From: Octopus sinensis
Lineage: Eukaryota
NCBI RefSeq assembly: GCF_006345805.1
Contig: NC_043001.1
Location: forward strand, 45,508,001 to 45,572,000
Reading direction: 5' to 3'
Length of the DNA stretch: 64,000 nt
The notes under the pieces were generated by a model. That model did not search any database. It was not told the DNA's origin and saw only the letters and a program-made list of their open reading frames with translations. Numbering within the stretch: the stretch's first letter is position 1; the number at the start of each line of letters is the position of its first letter. A program made the translations under genes and the position numbers. Shown piece after piece: positions 1 to 13,836 of the stretch.

Positions 1-1480
1 AGACTTAACATACTGTTTAGTGGATGGCATGGAATGTTAAACATTTTGATTCAAACTATTGCCCCCTCAGTTCTTTTTTGTTTCAATTCAAACTTGATAA
101 AATTAAGATATTTTCAGAAACCAAATTCAAGGAAGGGATATCAGATTAAAAACATTTATAAATTTGAAATTAAATTGTAAATTTGAATCAAACATTCAAA
201 AATTGACTTTAAAGAAAAATGCTAAAAACTAAAATAACAGAAAATTTAAGGTTTTTTAAAATTTTTTCAAATTCAATTTTGAATTAAGTAAAAATTAGAA
301 TTTCTGTTTTTAAAATATCTTTAATCAGGTGTCTGTGTTTAGTATGGTTTACCAATTTAAATTTCAAACTAAACAAAAATATATTGTATATAACATTGAT
401 TTTTTACATTGTTATGAGCCTACACACTTCTAGTGGTTGGAAAACAATTTGTCGTTTTACTCAAGCCCTAAACATGACTGATATTTATTGTATTGATCTC
501 GGGGGGATAAAAAGCAATACTAACCCAGACTAATAACTAATTTTGAACTTAGAATATAACTGAATACCATATATTCACTCAAGACTGTGCATAGGTTATA
601 AAGTCTTTTTTTTTTCAGCTAACTATCTTTGCAATTTTATTTCCAATGTTCAAAATAAACAGTGAACAGTGTAGTTGAACCATCTGTCAAAATCATAGCT
701 TGCTGCAGATATATGCTGTTATCTCAGTAAATCAGAAAATACTAAAAGTAGAAACCCCAATAACGCAGAGGTTAGTGTTTAATAGAGCTAAAATAACTTT
801 AGAGAATTTTCATGTTTAGAGAACTTACAAAGGAATTCTTTCAGCATAAAACTGACAAGCTGTATGTTGCATAAGTTGTTATGTCTGGCAGTGAAATGTG
901 TATATTATACATTCATATAGAGAAAGAAAGAAAGAATTGTGATAACATCACAGTGGTAGAATGGTTAAAATGCTGGGCTGTGCCCAAGTAGCCTGTCTAA
1001 AATTACTTATTGTTTTCATTTGATGGTTGATCATATCCAAAGTCAATCAGATATAGAAACATTTTCTGTACTAATTTAAGCAAACAAAAAGTATAAATCT
1101 AAAGAACCAGTAAACCCATGCATAAGAAAACAGAGTTGTATATCTTTCTAAGTTTGAGAAAAGCAAACAGCTCCTCAATCAGTTTTTATGGTAATTGATC
1201 AACAAAATTGTCTTCTCCAAATTATAAAGTAACCAAATATTCCACAGACATTCATACTTTCAATAAGATCCTCAGGCAGTCTGATAGCTTGTGTGTGACA
1301 AGGCCAGGCCCTTTGAATTACAGATGCAGTCTATTCAACAGGCTTCTACCAGTTCTGTCTACTTTTATTCACAGGTATTGAGACAAGAGACGTTTGCCCA
1401 ATGTGCCATGCATTCAAAGTTGAATCCAGAACATCATGAACGTGAACAGAACTTATTAACCATTCAGCTACGGCTGGCCT

Positions 1481-1525
<45 letters not shown>

Positions 1526-1575
1526 CACATGTGTGCGCGCGCGCGCACACACACACACACACCACACACACAAAT
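1481..1575. repeat. Compound microsatellite (CT)n(AT)n(GC)n(AC)n
   Basis: Directly visible dinucleotide runs; they produce the spurious ORFs 1291-1647 and 1468-1824. Confidence 0.95.
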
Positions 1576-1583
1576 ATATACAT

Positions 1584-1760
1584 GCACGTAAAAAGCACCC
1601 ACTACACTCGCGGAGTGGTTGGCGTTAGGAAGGGCATCCAGCTGTAGAAACACTGCCAGACCAGACTGGAGCCTGGGGCAGCCCCTGGCACCCCAGACCC
1701 CGGTCGAAACCGTCCAACCCGTGCTAGCGCGGAAAACGGACGTTAAACGATGATGATGAT
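1584..1760 (+). mobile_element. RTE-type LINE 3' end / RTE-tail SINE
   Basis: gtggttggcgttaggaagggcatccagctgtagaaacactgcc...ggacgttaaacgatgatgatgat. The same sequence is the 3' UTR of the coding RTE fragment at 37911-39035. Confidence 0.9.
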
Positions 1761-4700
1761 AAATATATATATAGATATACACACATATACATGCATACAA
1801 ACACACATGTATACACATATCCACACATGCACATATAAATTGTTTCCAGAATTCTCGGAAGGATCATAAGATAAATGTTATCTTCAGATATAATAATGTA
1901 GTCCTAGTTACACAATACTCAAAAAAAAGGATGGGATGGTCACTGTAGAAATGTCTTTGATTATGTCAACTGAGGTAAGGCAGACCAGGTGCTAACAACA
2001 CAACCAAGTGATAAGCACCTGAGATACCAAATTTTCATTGGGTGTCACTCTTATTTCAAATAATTTTCCAAAGTGTATCAGTAAATTTTTTTTAGTAAGG
2101 TAAAAATAAGGGTCAGGCATTTGTTTATGTTTGTTACTACAGACAAGATTAAACACCTGTAGCAGAGAGTTATAAAACTCATTAAGCACCAGTAACTTAG
2201 TATCATATCCATTCAACTATTTTACCTCTGTAAGGTAGGGCAGAATCCAGTAGAAATGTTTCAAAGTCAGTAAAGCACACCTTCCCTCTTTTATATGAAT
2301 AAACATCACTTTTGACACAGCTGATGCTATATTCTACTGGTTACAGTAGGAGATGATGTAAGTAAGAATGAGAATGCATAGTGAAACTATGAAAACACAC
2401 ACACACACAGGGAACAATGTGTTTGAAACGTATGTTAAATTCTGAAGTTAATCTTAGATAAACAATTTTAATAATGACAGTGACAGATAAGTATAAAAAT
2501 GTGAAAACAGTTTTTACAAAGAATATAATTAAATCACAGGCAATGTTAATTTCCTGTACACTCATATCCATGTGTGTACATACACATACATGCATGTGTG
2601 CATACACACACACATATATACACACATACATGTTCTTGAAGCAAACTTTTATATAAAATATTTATAAATCAGAGAAATCTATGTCAGAACACACAAACAA
2701 ATCAAAATAAATTAACATTGAAGGGTTGGGGGGGGGTTACCATCAAAGAACTAAAATTAATAACATTATCTAATATTACTTGTAACAATTAGAATATAAC
2801 TAATTATGAAAACATTTTCTGCATTAAAACAAACTAAAATTAAGAGGAAAAAAGTGAGGAAACTTAGTATATATTTCCTAAAAATTAAGAAGGGTCCTAT
2901 TCAAAAGGTCACTTCTATCACAGTACATCAACTTGTATGCACGTGTGCATATATATATATATATATGTACATCACACACACACATAGAGAGAGAAAGGCG
3001 TGATGGAGGAGGGAAAGAAAATACGAATTGATTAGAATAATGACAGTACAAATAAACATTTTGCTTGAGTATAAAATTTGATTTTACTAAGACTGGGAAA
3101 GGAAAAAACTACAAATATATCCATTTCATAAATCAATAGCTTCATCATTAAAATAAACTTTCAATTCACATTTCATTTAATTTTTTTTTAAATCAGCTTG
3201 CAAATACTACATAAACACTATTACACAATGATATACATTAAACTAAAATCTATTATAAAACCAAACATTAATATTTCTTTCAGAAAAAAATTCTATCTAA
3301 TAATTCTCAGAAATCCAACAAATTTCCATTTAAAAATTGGTAAATATGCCTATTGATGTAGCCGAATAATTCATAATCATTTTGATTTAAGTTAGAAGAA
3401 AGTTACTCAGGAATCACACCTTGTGAGATATTTTCAGGTGTGTGAATGTGTGTGTGTTAAAACTTTTAGAAGTTTGTGCTGTTGTTACATGACATTTAAC
3501 AGTTCACATATTTTATTCTTAATAATCATTACGACATTATACAAAATCTAAAGAAATTCATATATTTACTTACCAAGTCGGCACCAAGTTATCAAGGAGG
3601 TGAGAAAGTATTAAAAACACTCAAAAAAAGATGCACTGGCCTAGCTGCTGATGCAGAAACACTTCAAACTCAACCTATCTGATTTGGCAACTATAAACAG
3701 CTTCCAAACAACAAGTAGATGAATCATATAAGAATAAGTGAATTCTACAACTGGCATTCCTTACAGTCACATGACTGCTCATCTTTATCCTTCAAAGTTA
3801 TGCCTTGCCCCTGGTAGGTCAGTAGCAGTGGCAACAGTAGTATAGACCATATGGACCTGGAGTTCCATATATGGTACAGAAGCTATTTATCTATAGCAAG
3901 CCTATTTTCCTTGCTTTTTAAAAATTTTTTTTGGAATTATTCTTTATTTGGTTCTCCCTCCCCCACTATTCTTGGCATTTTTCAGGACTATTTAATCCAT
4001 ATTATTTTTTATATTCTTCACTATAATAGAATTACAATTTCTGGATAAAGCCACCACAACCAACTATCACCACCACCACCACCACAAGATTGATATGTCT
4101 ATATTAAATTATACCTTACCAGCTGCCTGTCAAGTAATTAAAGCAATTTCCCTCGTTTTCGTAACAAACAGGAAATAATATATCTTGTGAAAGTTAAGAA
4201 TTCAGTGTTTACCTTTTTTTCTTTTTCCTTCTTTTAGACTGTGTGTTTGTAAAGGAAATTTAGAAACAGAAAAATACACAACTTTCTATGTGTCCATTTT
4301 ATGGTATCAAGTGTTTTCTCTCAAGCATTTAATTATAGCATTGGAGTGCACAGCAGAACAGTTTTTTAAAAAGTAAATGGAAATAACAAAGAAAAATATT
4401 AAAAACAAAATAAAGACATTTTGTTTACATAAACAGGAGAGACCAGCCAAAAGGTGAAGGTATATTGTCAGTAAGGATATATGGAGATTTATAAAAAGAT
4501 TCAGGTTTTACAATATTTACACTAGACCCCAGATTTTTTTAAAGCAGTCAATATGTTCAGATAATTTCCTTTTTTACCTATTTGACATAAGAATTTTTAT
4601 CTTCAAATTGGTAATCGATAGCTACAAACTTTGAAAGGAACTTTCAATTGAAATAGATCTCACATGGATCAATTCTTAAAATAACATCAACAAATCCTGA

Positions 4701-5235
4701 ATAAATAAATCTGTTGTTAAATTAAATTCCTATGTAACTATGGCAACAGTCATTACACCATTTTTTTTTTCCTTATTTTTCTTTCAGTTATATTTTTATA
4801 AATGTTTCTATTGCAGATTATTACTCATACCCTGGATATTTTCCACCTGGCATTTCTTTTATTCATTTATTTCTCTTACTGGTTTCAGTCACTGGACTGC
4901 AGCCATGCAGGGTAGACTGGAAATGTGTGCGTGTGTAGGTAAACATACATCATCATTATTATCTGAATAATAATAATAATAATAACAGTAATGTATAAAG
5001 TGCTTAGATGCATACATACGTGTGTGCATATGTGTGTGCGCATGAATGTGTGGGTGTAAACATAAATCTAGGCATGGCAATAGGTGCAAAGCATCACTTG
5101 CAGTTTAGAAGTTCATCTGCTTTACGACCACATGCTTTCAGGTTCAATCACACTGCATTGCATCTTGGGTAAGTGTCTTCTACTAAAGCCTTATGAGTAG
5201 ATTTGGCAAACAGAAACTGAATGAGGCTCGTCCTC

Positions 5236-5279
<44 letters not shown>

Positions 5280-8200
5280 TCCATGTCTCTTTGTTTTGCC
5301 ATCAGTGAAAAAATAGTAACCATCATACAAGTAAAATCATTCATTCTTCATCCACATTTACATATATTTTCTATTATCAAAAAACATGGCTTCACATCAA
5401 ATATTCAAGAGTCCCAATTAAGTGCTGCTCTATCATTAAAGCACTATTGTATCCTTCTCCTAGACATTTCACAATAATTCATCAAGCTCTATTTACTCAG
5501 AAATTATGTTGTTATATAACCCCATGACAGCCCTAATTCAGACTTATAATCAAAGAATATTCCAGCCATAACCATCTCATTTCATTTTCAGACAGAGTAC
5601 ATCAAACACAGCATTATCCATATTAGCTAATGTGTACCTTCCTTATTTTAGATGGTGAAATTGGTGGTGGCTACTATTTTTATCAGGATGACACACCATG
5701 CAGACACTCACTCATTGGCTAACATAGGTGAGGCCAGTTCATTGCAGTAAACTGTGGCGACTATATAATTCATAAGATTTTCATTATCCAGTAGTGATGA
5801 ATTATGACCCTTTGAATAATCATATAAAGACAAAGCTATTAATCATATCCCAAAAACCCCAAATGATGTAAACAATACTCTTTTTTTTATTTAAAATATA
5901 TTCTACAAATTTTTATTTTAAAATTTAATGGTTTCAAATTTTGCTTTCAGAACTAAAAACAAAATCGTTAAATCACAATATAAACCACTTGACAGGTTAG
6001 CTCAGGGACATTTAAAGACATGGGTACACTGCACAATTGCTCAGGGGTCTCATAGATTTTGGAACTCAATGCTAAACTTTGTATGTTGTGGCTTCCTATC
6101 AAGAAATAAATGATCATAGGTCCTAGTATGTTAGTTTAACCAGGAGATTAGTTAATCAGAAATTTATTATAAGCTACTATCCAATTGCTACATAAAATTA
6201 TTCAGTAGAGCAAACCAGTTAACTGAAAGGAAAGTCATAAAATAATGAGGAACAAAACAATTGCTGCTTTGCCAGGTAAGCTTAGTTCCTGCTTCACTCA
6301 AAACCATACTGTACAAATTGATGGATTCTCTGTTTTAAGATGATGAGAATTCAGTTGTTCAATTAACTGAACCAGCTACTCAAATTAACATGTAAATGGC
6401 TGGGTATTCCACAGATACGTATATCTTTAACATAATTCTCAAGCTGAATCAGTGTGATACAATATATGACAAGGCCAGACTTTTGAATAGCAAGTACAAT
6501 ACATTTGATTGTACTTTATTCAAATGCACACACTTTCTGTGAAGCTAATTTTACTCACAAAGCTTCGGGCCACTTGATTGCAAAGCAAACTTCTTAACCA
6601 CAGGAGAGTTATTGGTATTTAGTGGATTGGGTGGTGAGCAATACATAGAAACAGGAGACAGAGGTATCCAGTTATTATGCATAATGGAATTTTTTAAATT
6701 AAAAAAAAAATGCGTAATGAATTAGACACAACTTTTTTCTACTTAGTCACAAGATCTTTGCTTTTTAATATATATAGGCCATAGTTTATCAATTAGCCCA
6801 GTAAATACCATGAGAAACAGAAAGCAAAGTTTAGCCTTAACTGTTTTTCAGAAATGTTTTATTATTAGAAAGACCAATTCTTATATTCTTTGCTATCAAT
6901 GATTGATGCTGATAAACCCAAAGGTAAGATACAAGTATTTGAACTCAGTTTTGTCTGACATATAACAATACCATAATAGAAACAATAAATTTGTTAGAAC
7001 ACTTTAAATTTGATATCAAAGGAATAAAAATAGTTATCTTATATGTGGGAGGAGGTATGCACTTAAATGGAATATGTAGGGTAGCTTCCATAGTCTTTCA
7101 AATCATTATTAGACTGAGGGGAATAACTAGGTATGAAGATAAGAATATGGTGATTTTCTAGGCACAAGGTTTTATTTTCAGAGATAGAACATTAATTCAC
7201 TTTAATAGCCTATTGTTTAGTAATTAATAGCTGTTTTGCCCTTAGAGGATTTCAACTCAGAATGTAGAGGGAAGAAAGTAAGTACTATAAGGTATTTATC
7301 CCAGCACTAGCATTTCTATTTACTATCCTATAAAAAACTTAATGATGATACTGGCCATTTTGAGAGTGTGAAGTTGAAATGATGAGAGCTTTAGATTGCT
7401 TAAAAAGTATTCTATTTATCAATTATTTATTGCTTTCTTCTTTTGAAATGATAGATAAATCAAGATATTATTTTCCAAACTGAAATCAAGTCATCAAGAG
7501 TATTAGATAACTTGACAGCAAGAGTTAAGGAAGAGTAGAAGATAGTTGGATGTAAAGATATATAAACCAAAATGAAAATAAGATACAGAGTGAGATAAGA
7601 GGTTTTTATCTAACAGTTTTCAAACAACTAAGATAGATTCTTGATTAATGTTTATTTATGTCAAAATGCAGCAATCCATGACAGTGGAAAGAAATGTGAT
7701 ATGCAAGTGTCAACAGAGGAAGTAAATATATACTTATATAGTCCATGTACAACTATTATGCCATTATTCATATGGCTAAACTATAAAATAGATTACATTA
7801 TGAAGAATTTCATAATACTCCAAAGCAAAGCACAACAGCCAGTCATTTTGCAACCTGAGGCATTCAGAAGACCAATTAAAATATTGGCAGAAGATATAGA
7901 ACATTAATCTGTTAGCATTTAAACCAGCCATATCTAGCCAAAATATTCTACCTGTTTTATATTAATTCAAAAATTAAACAATCACATCATCAAAATCTCA
8001 AGGCTACAAGATAACACATGATTAATTCAAAACAATGTGAATAAATAAGCATTATATTTGACAGAGTAATTGGATAGGGTTAAAATATATAGCAATTCAT
8101 GTTTAAAAAAATTAATATCTCATGCAAGTATTTTGTTGTTTCAAACAAAACAACTAAAAAATTCAATCATTCATCTATAAAAAAAACAAAAAAATAGATA

Positions 8201-10648
8201 TACTACAAAACTACTTTCAGAGCGTTAATCTAGGAAATTTATCTTTCATCTACTTAACATTACAGAGACAAAAAATAACACCAATTTCTCTAGATCCATC
8301 TGATTTATTAGAAGGAAAAACTAATCACAATAAACATTTACATAAGAGAACATTTTTCAACTCCAAGAAGTATAACAAAACTACAGTTCTCTTTCAGACA
8401 TATTAAGATATACTCTGCAGAGTCAAGCTTAGTGAACTGCTACGAAAGATCATTGGTGAAAATGGAAAAAATGAACATTTATGATCAATTATAAAAGTAC
8501 ACAAAAGGATCTATAATTACATAAATCCAATGTTACTAAAACTAATAGAATTCACATATCACAAAATGTTAAGAAAAAGTCTGCAGTATTGATAAGACAT
8601 TGTAGGATATCCAGTATATTATCAAAACTGTTACAGAACACAGCTTTAGCCTATATTTTACTTCTTTCTTTAAGTATATAAATCAAGAGTTTTAAAAGAA
8701 TGTTTCACAGTAAAGAATAATTTGTATAAGATAAAGTGCTGATGCTAAGTAAAAACATAAAAATGATTACATTAAGATTTTAGAACACCTTATTTGGTGG
8801 TGGTGAGCAATGCACAATTGTTTACTTTTTCCAGTCTGCAAAACAATATCAAGAAAGTAGCACCAAGCAGAGAGAAGGATAGGTCAATCTCCAGAGACCC
8901 ACATGCAAATCTGTTGTAGCAAATGTGTGTATGAACTTTTGTATATGTTCATGTACATTAATACCTATGTGTTTACACATTCATATCTATGTGTGTATGT
9001 CAATACATCTGTAAGTGATGTGATGAAGTATGAAGACATTAATATTACATTCACCAAAATGTCAATTTTTTTTTGTTTTTTCTAATTTTGTTTCATTTTT
9101 TTACCCCCTCCCCCACTAATATTTACACTTAGCATTATTTTTATTCAAATTTTATTTTTTCTAAATATATATTTCTACTTGAATTAAAACATATTTACAA
9201 TTAATTAAATGAGCCATTAATATGTTAACTGATAACAAATTCTGAACAACTATTCTTCCAGTAAAAAAAATACTTCTCAGGTAAAAACAAACAATTGAAA
9301 AGAAAATATTTTGCTAGTTAATTTATAATTCATCTCGGAAATATTTTAAGATGAGTAAACCATAAAAGAATAACTAAATAGACACAATAGATTAAAAAAT
9401 TAAAACAGGGAAAGAAAAAATATTTAAAAAAAAACTAGAGATGATGAACAACATATGGAAACCACTGATTATGTATGAAGTATCAAGTAAAAATAGACTA
9501 TTTTCAAATGAGGGTATCCAGCCCACTAAAATAATTCTATGACCTTTCCTTATTTTGCACGATATCAAGAACTATCTATTCCACAAAGCAAAAACACAAC
9601 ATATCAAATAATAAAGAAAAATAAATCACTTTTAGAATACAATTATCAAAAGCCAGGTGATAATAATAATAATAATAGTAACTACTATTCAACTAAAAGT
9701 AAGAACTAGTTTCTAAAAATATTTTTTTTAACATTTTGCTTGAACAGCTGCCAGAAACAGTTTTATTTTCCACAACATAAACTTTTCTTTCCTTCTTATT
9801 TCTTTTTCTGTTAAGACTTTTCTTTTCTAGGTTAAATAATGTTAGGACAAGCAATAATATCTTACACTAACCCAGAATGTATTTCCTGAAGTTAACACTG
9901 AAACACATATTAGCAGATAGAGATACAAGGGAATATCACTCCCCAGTGAATACAGTATCTATGGAGTTGCCTCCCTTGGTTCAATAATAAACACACTTAC
10001 AATTCTGAAATATATTTTGCATAAATATTTATTCTAAATTTAACAGTAAGTAAATTATAGAGTAAGGAAGATTGTTCTCTAGTGGCAACTTTATGGGTTT
10101 CAGCTAAACTTTAGTGTATAATACATAAAAAGCACAGATATTAAGGTGGCAGACTCTAAAAGACATTTTCATGAGTTCAAACTTCACTAGAACGAGCAAC
10201 GTAATTATATAGTTTCAGTTCATTTGCTTGAAAATACATCACTCTTACTTCCAGAGCTGAACAGTTATTTATGTAGGCAACTTGCCCTAAAAATGTTTAA
10301 ATTTATAAAATATACATTAACTATCCAGGCTAGTATATAAAATTGGGTATTTAATTTTTTTTTTTTTTAAGCAAAAGTTCAATAGTGAATTATTTTCTGT
10401 GGATTCAAATCTCATTCTAACAAAAACATAGTAATCCATGACTGAAGACAATCATCCATGGTGTATACTTTATCAAAACACACAACTAATTACTATTTTC
10501 AATTATGAATAGTCCATACAGAAGTATTCCATGCTATATGCACATCATTACAAATCGGTATGGAGTATAATTATATGATAGCAAATAAAAATGGAAATAT
10601 TTCTTAAGCTCCAAGATGTTGTTATGGTTGGGTTCTTAGCTTTCAATT

Positions 10649-10735
10649 TCAAGGATTGAAGCCCATTTGAAGTACATCATCACCTGGATCGAATATTTGG
10701 TCTCTTGTAGCTAACATTCCCAGATGATTTGGTAC
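10649..10735 (-). CDS. Candidate terminal coding exon of an unidentified gene (VPNHLGMLATRDQIFDPGDDVLQMGFNP*)
   Basis: Pyrimidine-rich acceptor (ttttctgttgggaatag|G), a 29-codon frame to TGA, non-repetitive and locally GC-richer, followed by about 3 kb with no recognisable TE. No homolog recognised. Confidence 0.35.
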   Translation of the reverse strand, partial: VPNHLGMLATRDQIFDPGDDVLQMGFNP

Positions 10736-10839
10736 CTATTCCCAACAGAAAAGTAAATTGGAACAAAATATAATAAAATGTGCTGTTCAAAAACACCTGA
10801 ATCCATTTGAATTTATAAAAAAGTAATCCAGTACCTTAC

Positions 10840-10881
10840 ACAGTTAGATATCTCACTTCTCTTGGTAGTGGTGTGGTGAAT
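10840..10881 (-). CDS. Candidate 42-nt exon upstream of the 10649-10735 exon
   Basis: ctttattatcag| acceptor and |gtaagg donor, with a 104-nt intron to the next candidate exon. Open in two frames (IHHTTTKRSEISNC or FTTPLPREVRYLT). Confidence 0.25.
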
Positions 10882-11275
10882 CTGATAATAAAGATGATAG
10901 AGGGGGCAGCTAAAAGTTATATATCATTTAACAATATATCTCAAACAAAATACAGGTATTAATAACACCTTGTATTGCATTTGTCTAAAAAAAAACCTTG
11001 GATGAAAAACAGCTGAAGGCTACCCACAGATAATGTAAACATAATGCTACAAACAAATAGTTTAAGAGGTTATCTCTAAGCAAATACAGCTATTTATAAA
11101 ACTTGTAATATATTGATTTAAAAACCTTTCCAGATGGAAAAAAGGCTGAGTCCCTTGTCTCCATCTTTGGCCTTTTCTGTTTTTCTTTCTGTCTATTAAC
11201 TTTTGGCTACTCCCCTACCCAATGCAATGGGTTTTCTAACTTAATATTTTACAAGCTATTACTTATAGCTGTAAA

Positions 11276-11490
11276 AGGCAGCAACTGGCAGAGCCATTAG
11301 CATGTCAGCCAAAATGCTTAGTAGCAGTTCTTCTGACTTCAAGTAGTGTGTTCAAATGCCACAGAGATCAACTTTGCCTTTCATCCTATCAGGATCGATA
11401 AAATAAGTACCAGTCAAGCATTGGGGTCAATGAAATTGACTAGCACCATCCCCCAAATTTTTAGCCCTTGTGCCTACAGTAGAAAGAATC
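11276..11490 (+). mobile_element. tRNA-derived SINE (family ending cccttgtg...A-rich), diverged
   Basis: A-box-like ctggcagag and B-box-like gttcaaat, then actttgcctttcatcc...gataaaataagtaccag...tagcccttgtg. Related copies lie at 14825 and 46873. Confidence 0.85.
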
Positions 11491-13110
11491 ATTTACAACA
11501 TTGAAATAAACTGTTAAATTATATATTTGTAACATCATGTTTATATTTATGCTAGAAATCATTATTGCCATTACTATTATTTTTAGTTGCCCTTCTATCA
11601 TCTTTATTATCACCTTCACCACAATATCGTCAGGATAAGTGAGATATCCACATTAAGATACACAATTAAAATTATTTGTTTACATATTTCTCAATGCTTC
11701 TACATTTATATTTATAAATGTAAGTAATGTTACATGTATCAGATGAGAGTGTAATTTATTGTATGATAACAATACTTGTCATGTATTATTTTATTAACTC
11801 TGGAAGGATGAAAACAAAGTTGACCTAATTGGTGGTAATAATAAAAACTATGAATATATTAAGAACAGTAACCTAACAATACAATGGATACACTGTGAAG
11901 ACAAACATTAACAGACATTTTCAGCCAGCAACCTACACCTACCAAAAGGTGATTGTATTATAGATGTCAAGATGAATCCTTAACACTTCATGGAGTCAAA
12001 AGAGCTCTGTACATTACTGAAAGCAGATCTTATTATGAGGCACAAGCAAGCTGAAAGAAAAGACAATGCCTTAGCAGAATTATTACACCTTTAGACAAAT
12101 GTTCTCACAACATTCCTTCCAACTCTTTACATTCCACCAAGATAAAATTTGCTTTTCATCCCTCCAACCTTGATAAAATAAAATAACAGTCAAGTGCATT
12201 GTTGAATGGTATCAACTAACCTTTCTTCTTCAAAAAATGCTTGCCTTGTGTCTAAATTAACAAATATCATTTAGCATATAGGAAGTTAAAAGTATTTACA
12301 TTCAGTGTTCAAATACCATTGCAATCAACTGTGCCACCCATCCTTCAAGAACTAATAAAACAAGATTGGATCAATAGCACTCCTCTCACTATCATCACCA
12401 TCAAAATATCAGTAGATTAAAATCTAATTTTATCAAAAGCAATTGTAGAATAAAAAATCATCTCCAATTAGTTCTTTAATAACTTAAGTCAAAGTTAAAA
12501 ACAATGAATAGGCTTGTTGAGAATTAAACCAAGCTTCAAATTGGTTACTATATCAATTATGAATTCTGACCGTCTATAAATCTCATACATAGATATTGTA
12601 CAACTGAATAACCCGTCTTCTGTCCACTTGACTTACTTTTTAATCTTATAAGTCATTAGTTCATTTCAAGTGTTTTAGTCTCGATGTTTGCAACTATTCA
12701 CAATAGAATTATATGCATTCAATAAACTATAAAATTGCAAAATTTCATAAAATGACCAAAAGCATTGAAATCATATGTTACAAATATAATCTCAAGTGTT
12801 TACTCCTAACTAAAGTTATTTTAGCATGAAATTTAAGCATAAATATATCTAACGATGATCAGTGATTTACTGTTTGAAATATAGATATAACCTATATAAA
12901 AAATATCAACAGACTTTCTCATTAATGTTGATATGGTAGTTGTGAGGCAACAGCTGTATAACATAATCAGCAATAGGAATATTTTTATTGGTAACACATT
13001 TCTAATACTCTAGTAATATAGGTCCAGATCCTTTTCAAAGTTATTTTAATCTTGTTTATTCTTTTCTTGATTGGTAATTTGAAATTTAATACATCTTTAC
13101 ATATATATAC

Positions 13111-13616
13111 ATGCAATACCTTGTCTGTTACTGAAGCATGAGCAGTCAGGAACTTCCTCTTTTTGCAAGGCAAAGGAGCAGCAGAAATCCATAGCAAGAT
13201 GAAGGAAGTCTTGAAGGATGGCTCCCCATCTTACTCCACTGTGAAAATCTGGGTGTCAAAGTTTCAGACTGGTCATTTCAAGGTCACAGATGAACCCTGA
13301 TCAGGATAACCAACTTCCACGACCACAGAAAACAAAGCCAACACTGTCCACATTATGATTCTCAAGGACCACTGAATTTCAGCTAAAGTCATAGCTCAGA
13401 CTCTGGAGATTTTCTGCAAAAGAGTCAGCCACTTCATTCCACAAACATTCTGGACATGAGAAAGCTTTCCACAAAGTGGGTGCCGAAATGCTTGAATGCA
13501 TATCAGAAGTGCATCACAGTGATGACATCAAAGACAATTTTGGTTCGGTTTGAAGCAGGAGAGGCTGATTTTATGGCTCATTTAGTCACCATGGATGAAA
13601 CTTAGCTTCATCATTA
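13111..13616 (+). mobile_element. mariner transposase remnant (N-terminal HTH up to the first catalytic D)
   Basis: Manual translation: FLFLQGKGAAEIHSKMKEVL...VKIWVSKFQTG...MRKLSTKWVPKCL...LVTMDET*LHHY. WVPxxL and VTxDETW are mariner motifs. Several stops and a frameshift; ends at a (TA)n run. Confidence 0.9.
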
Positions 13617-13836
13617 TATATATATATATAAATTATATTCTTCTACTTAAGCCCAAAACCAACCAAAGCCTTGTGGATTTGGTAGAGAGGAACTGAAAGG
13701 ATTTAGTCAAAACCATAAGTTAGGAAGCACACTTCTCAACCACACAGCAAAATCTATGATATATTCATACACACACACACATATATGTATGTATTATACA
13801 TATGTATTATTATATATATACATATATATAGATGTA

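Noticed and set aside
1291-1824. ORFs of 118 aa on both strands
   Set aside because: They read through microsatellites and an RTE tail; no protein-like content.
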